A DNA stretch of 63,461 nt, counting the filler, from Asterionella formosa (taxonomy: Eukaryota): the NCBI GenBank assembly GCA_002256025.1. It is 19 parts of 19 records of this genome, joined end to end, with 100 filler letters (N's around TTAATTAATTAA, not from the genome) between each part and the next. Parts side by side here need not be neighbours in the genome. Positions count along the whole stretch, not along the records: positions 60,872 to 62,116 come from NKIB01003443.1; positions 62,217 to 63,461 come from NKIB01003444.1; 17 more parts are not named here. One strand, written 5' to 3'. The translations under genes were made by a program, and so were the position numbers. The stretch's first letter is position 1, and every line of letters starts with the position of its first letter. This document shows positions 60,772 through 63,461 of the stretch, in pieces. Under the pieces are notes generated by a model. The model was given only the letters and a program-made list of their open reading frames with translations. It was not told the DNA's origin and made no database searches.

Positions 60772-61698
60772 NNNNNNNNNNNNNNNNNNNNNNNNNNNNN
60801 NNNNNNNNNNNNNNNTTAATTAATTAANNNNNNNNNNNNNNNNNNNNNNNNNNNNNNNNNNNNNNNNNNNNCTTTTTGATGTCATAACAATTTTTTTAAA
60901 ATCAGCACAAAGAGAATGAACCTGATTCAAAACGGCTGCAACAGCAATGCCTAGTACACATGTTTCCAACATGGGGAGACCAGCTCAGAATTATAGAAAG
61001 ATTGAATATATATATATATATATTATTCTTGTTAATACAATTTTGTCAAAGCACCCAAATGTAAACACAGAGGAAACTAAAGCTAGAACCATCATAGCAA
61101 CCCTAGTACTAGTAACATCATGACTGCTGGCTGGTAGTAAGCAGCACCCTCTCTCATCATGGAGGATGATGCATATTTACAGATACACCATCGAATGATT
61201 CCGTTTCAGCGCCACTGCAGGAGCTACACAGTATATAACAAACTATGAGCAGATGAAAGAACCACAAGAATTTACAAGAAACTCATGGAAATAGAGACCA
61301 AAATGACCAAAATCCACCCAACAGCATCATTAAATTGAGTAAGACTTTTGACAATATCCATGCATCCAAATCAGATCCAAACAGACCGTTTCCATCCCAC
61401 TGTACCTCTTCAGTAAATTCTGAACAATGGCATTCAAACAAAGGCAAAACAGTTACCTGTGAAGTATACAGGGAGACGTGAAAAACAAAAAGGATTTCAA
61501 GAAGAGGATATTACCATCGTAGATATCATCTACAATATAATTGCAAAATGTTTTCCCTAGACTGAAATGCATCTAGCTAGTTCGCCTGAAGCAGTAAAGA
61601 AAGCAATACATCAAGGGAGGAGCAGCTCTGAGTGTATTCTTCAGTTTGAAAGTGTTGTTCAAAGTGTTTAACATTGTTATGACTGTGAGGGGTGGGCT

Positions 61699-62116
61699 TC
61701 ATTTTGGTGAAAACAATCGAAACCATGGAGCTGGTTTGTCATGCTCATTTAATGTACTAAATGGGTCATCGTCTGGATAGACTTCAACATGATTACTGGT
61801 CTCTTCTGTCCCTTTTGTCTGTACTGACTTTTGATCCACTCTTGATGTTTGGTGTTCATGCACCGAAACATCTTGCATCATGTGTTCCGTAGAAATTACC
61901 AACTTGAAAGCATCATTGTCGTCATGAGCAGTGCTGTTATTCTGATTGTTGGTAAAGCGTTTAGATTTCATTAGCTCTTGATCAAATTTGATCGATAAGC
62001 TTTCCTTTTCTTCGTCGTCTACTTCATCAGCAGAACTAAATTGTGTTTGATATGGATTATTATTCTGTGACGACGCCGAGGTTGCTGTATCACCCACAGT
62101 ATCTCTTGATGTTTGG
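61699..62116 (-). CDS. Fragment of a low-complexity eukaryotic protein or pseudogene
   Basis: Open acidic, N/Q-rich frame from near the contig edge; no domain recognised. Confidence 0.35.
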
Positions 62117-62216
62117 NNNNNNNNNNNNNNNNNNNNNNNNNNNNNNNNNNNNNNNNNNNNTTAATTAATTAANNNNNNNNNNNNNNNNNNNNNNNNNNNN
62201 NNNNNNNNNNNNNNNN

Positions 62217-62678
62217 TCACATACACACGCCCTAGTCCCTGACTTCCGAAAGGCAACAAGCGAGGATGTTTTAGTCGCTCGCAAATTCTTGTTTAAAGAA
62301 GCAATGAATCCCCTTTCCCTCTCGACGCGAACCTTGCTGGTCGCCCACGACGTGAATCAAGGCATTCTTGGGTTTGGCCAAATCCGTCCCTTGGATGATA
62401 AGTATTCAGAATTAGCATCGATCTATGTACTCCCACAGCATCGTCGCCAAGGGGTTGGAAGTGCACTTGTGCAAGAGTTGCTGGAGCGACATGATGCCGA
62501 TGATGACACCAAAATATGTTTATTGACACTGAAACCAACCATTTCGTTTTACGAATCACATGGCTTTGCTTCCCTCAGGAGTCCTGAAGACCTACGTCCT
62601 ACTGTGCAGTTTGAGTTTAAAGCTGGAAGTTTTATATCTAGCATACTTGGAAACGAGTTGGTATGCATGGTGCGATGA
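62217..62678 (+). CDS. GNAT-family N-acetyltransferase (5' partial)
   Basis: Frame is open from the contig edge (SHTHALVPDFRKAT...); ILGFGQIRP, ELASIYVLPQHRRQGVGSALV and FYESHGF. Confidence 0.88.
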   Translation, partial: SHTHALVPDFRKATSEDVLVARKFLFKEAMNPLSLSTRTLLVAHDVNQGILGFGQIRPLDDKYSELASIYVLPQHRRQGVGSALVQELLERHDADDDTKICLLTLKPTISFYESHGFASLRSPEDLRPTVQFEFKAGSFISSILGNELVCMVR

Positions 62679-62699
62679 ATAATGCAGAGTAAACGTGAA

Positions 62700-63461
62700 A
62701 AATGCCCACCCTCATTCAAACATCTAGATCTAAAGCTGTGCTTCTAAATACTGGAAAGAAGATATCATGATTACCCGCTGCGTCCCATCATCTGGTGGAT
62801 GAGCATTGACCCATCAAATGTATTGCTTCCTCATTTGCTTTAACTCAGAGAGCAGTAACTTGCAGGTACTTTCTATTACAATTGCTGGATCACCATACTC
62901 TGATATTAATAATCGCATCAGCCCTTGACTTTGTGAACGTTCAATTGCATTGCAAAGTTGGTGTGTGAGTGAATCTACCTCGTGCAAAAAATTGGATTCA
63001 GCATTGAAAACTTTTTGTGTGCGTGATTTGACCTAATGCAAAACATTGGATTAAGTATTGAGATTTTGCCACATACTGATTCCCACCTTGAGTTGAGTCA
63101 TGTTTGTGCCCAGAAAGGGAGTCCAAATTTTCATCCAATGGCTCTTCCAATGACACGATAGTCTCTTGTACTAGGAATAACATCAGGTCTGCTGTGACTT
63201 TGGCTGTTGAGTCAGTTTCATTGCCCTCAGAGACCTTTTTCCTTGGTCAATACTTTTCACTTGTTTTTGACAACACCATGTTTTGTTGGGTTCATAGCAG
63301 CATCTTTGGTTATAACCTTGGTCAAATTGTGAGTATTGTAGACTGATTACCTGAGGGCATCCTATGCAGTTTGATTGGTGGTATTCAATCCAGAAGCAGG
63401 AGTCAAGTCAATACAATGCAATAAAATGGCATATCCTATCAATTCCATGCATCTGTAGGTT
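62700..63461 (-). pseudogene. Possible highly decayed non-LTR retrotransposon C-terminal region
   Basis: Stop-riddled fragments such as ALYLTPASGLNTTNQTA...THNLTKVI loosely resemble the post-RT region of RLE-type elements; weak. Confidence 0.25.

Noticed and set aside
20253..62216. Regularly recurring TTAATTAATTAA in N runs as a biological repeat or array
   Set aside because: Identical 100-nt six-frame-stop linker between contigs of near-sorted length; an assembly artefact. ORFs ending in X...LIN are truncated by it.
40679..63461. A multi-gene island made of integrase, transposases, two-component system and GNAT
   Set aside because: Each lies on a different short contig from different organisms, so the order is arbitrary.

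Overview
Concatenated draft assembly of 19 separate contigs (two of about 20 kb, then seventeen of about 1.25 kb) joined by artificial 100-nt N44-TTAATTAATTAA-N44 linkers, so adjacency across linkers carries no biological meaning. Most of the sequence looks like a diatom-type (stramenopile) nuclear genome, judged from short GT-AG introns, a bipartite plastid-targeting presequence, and diatom-style Copia, Gypsy and Harbinger elements. Host genes are ETF-ubiquinone oxidoreductase, a TPR protein, a 3-exon CDPK with a long C-tail, a coiled-coil orphan, a bacterial-type glucokinase with a C-terminal hydrophobic tail, a BRO1 protein, a TRM10-type methyltransferase, an SGNH/TBL-like protein, a secreted LRR protein and a GNAT. 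Much of the rest is transposon debris (pogo-like, PIF/Harbinger, Copia, Gypsy, CACTA, Plavaka-like, possible non-LTR). Three short contigs are bacterial co-assembly: a betaproteobacterial-like lysA, a Bacteroidota-like integrase plus cargo ORF, and a Bacteroidota-like two-component pair. The most striking unexplained signal is a doubly palindromic GGTACC/TACCWGGTA/TACCGGTA array family that clusters 5' of nearly every host gene. Both visible host junctions of one Gypsy LTR family fall in it, at CCWGG.
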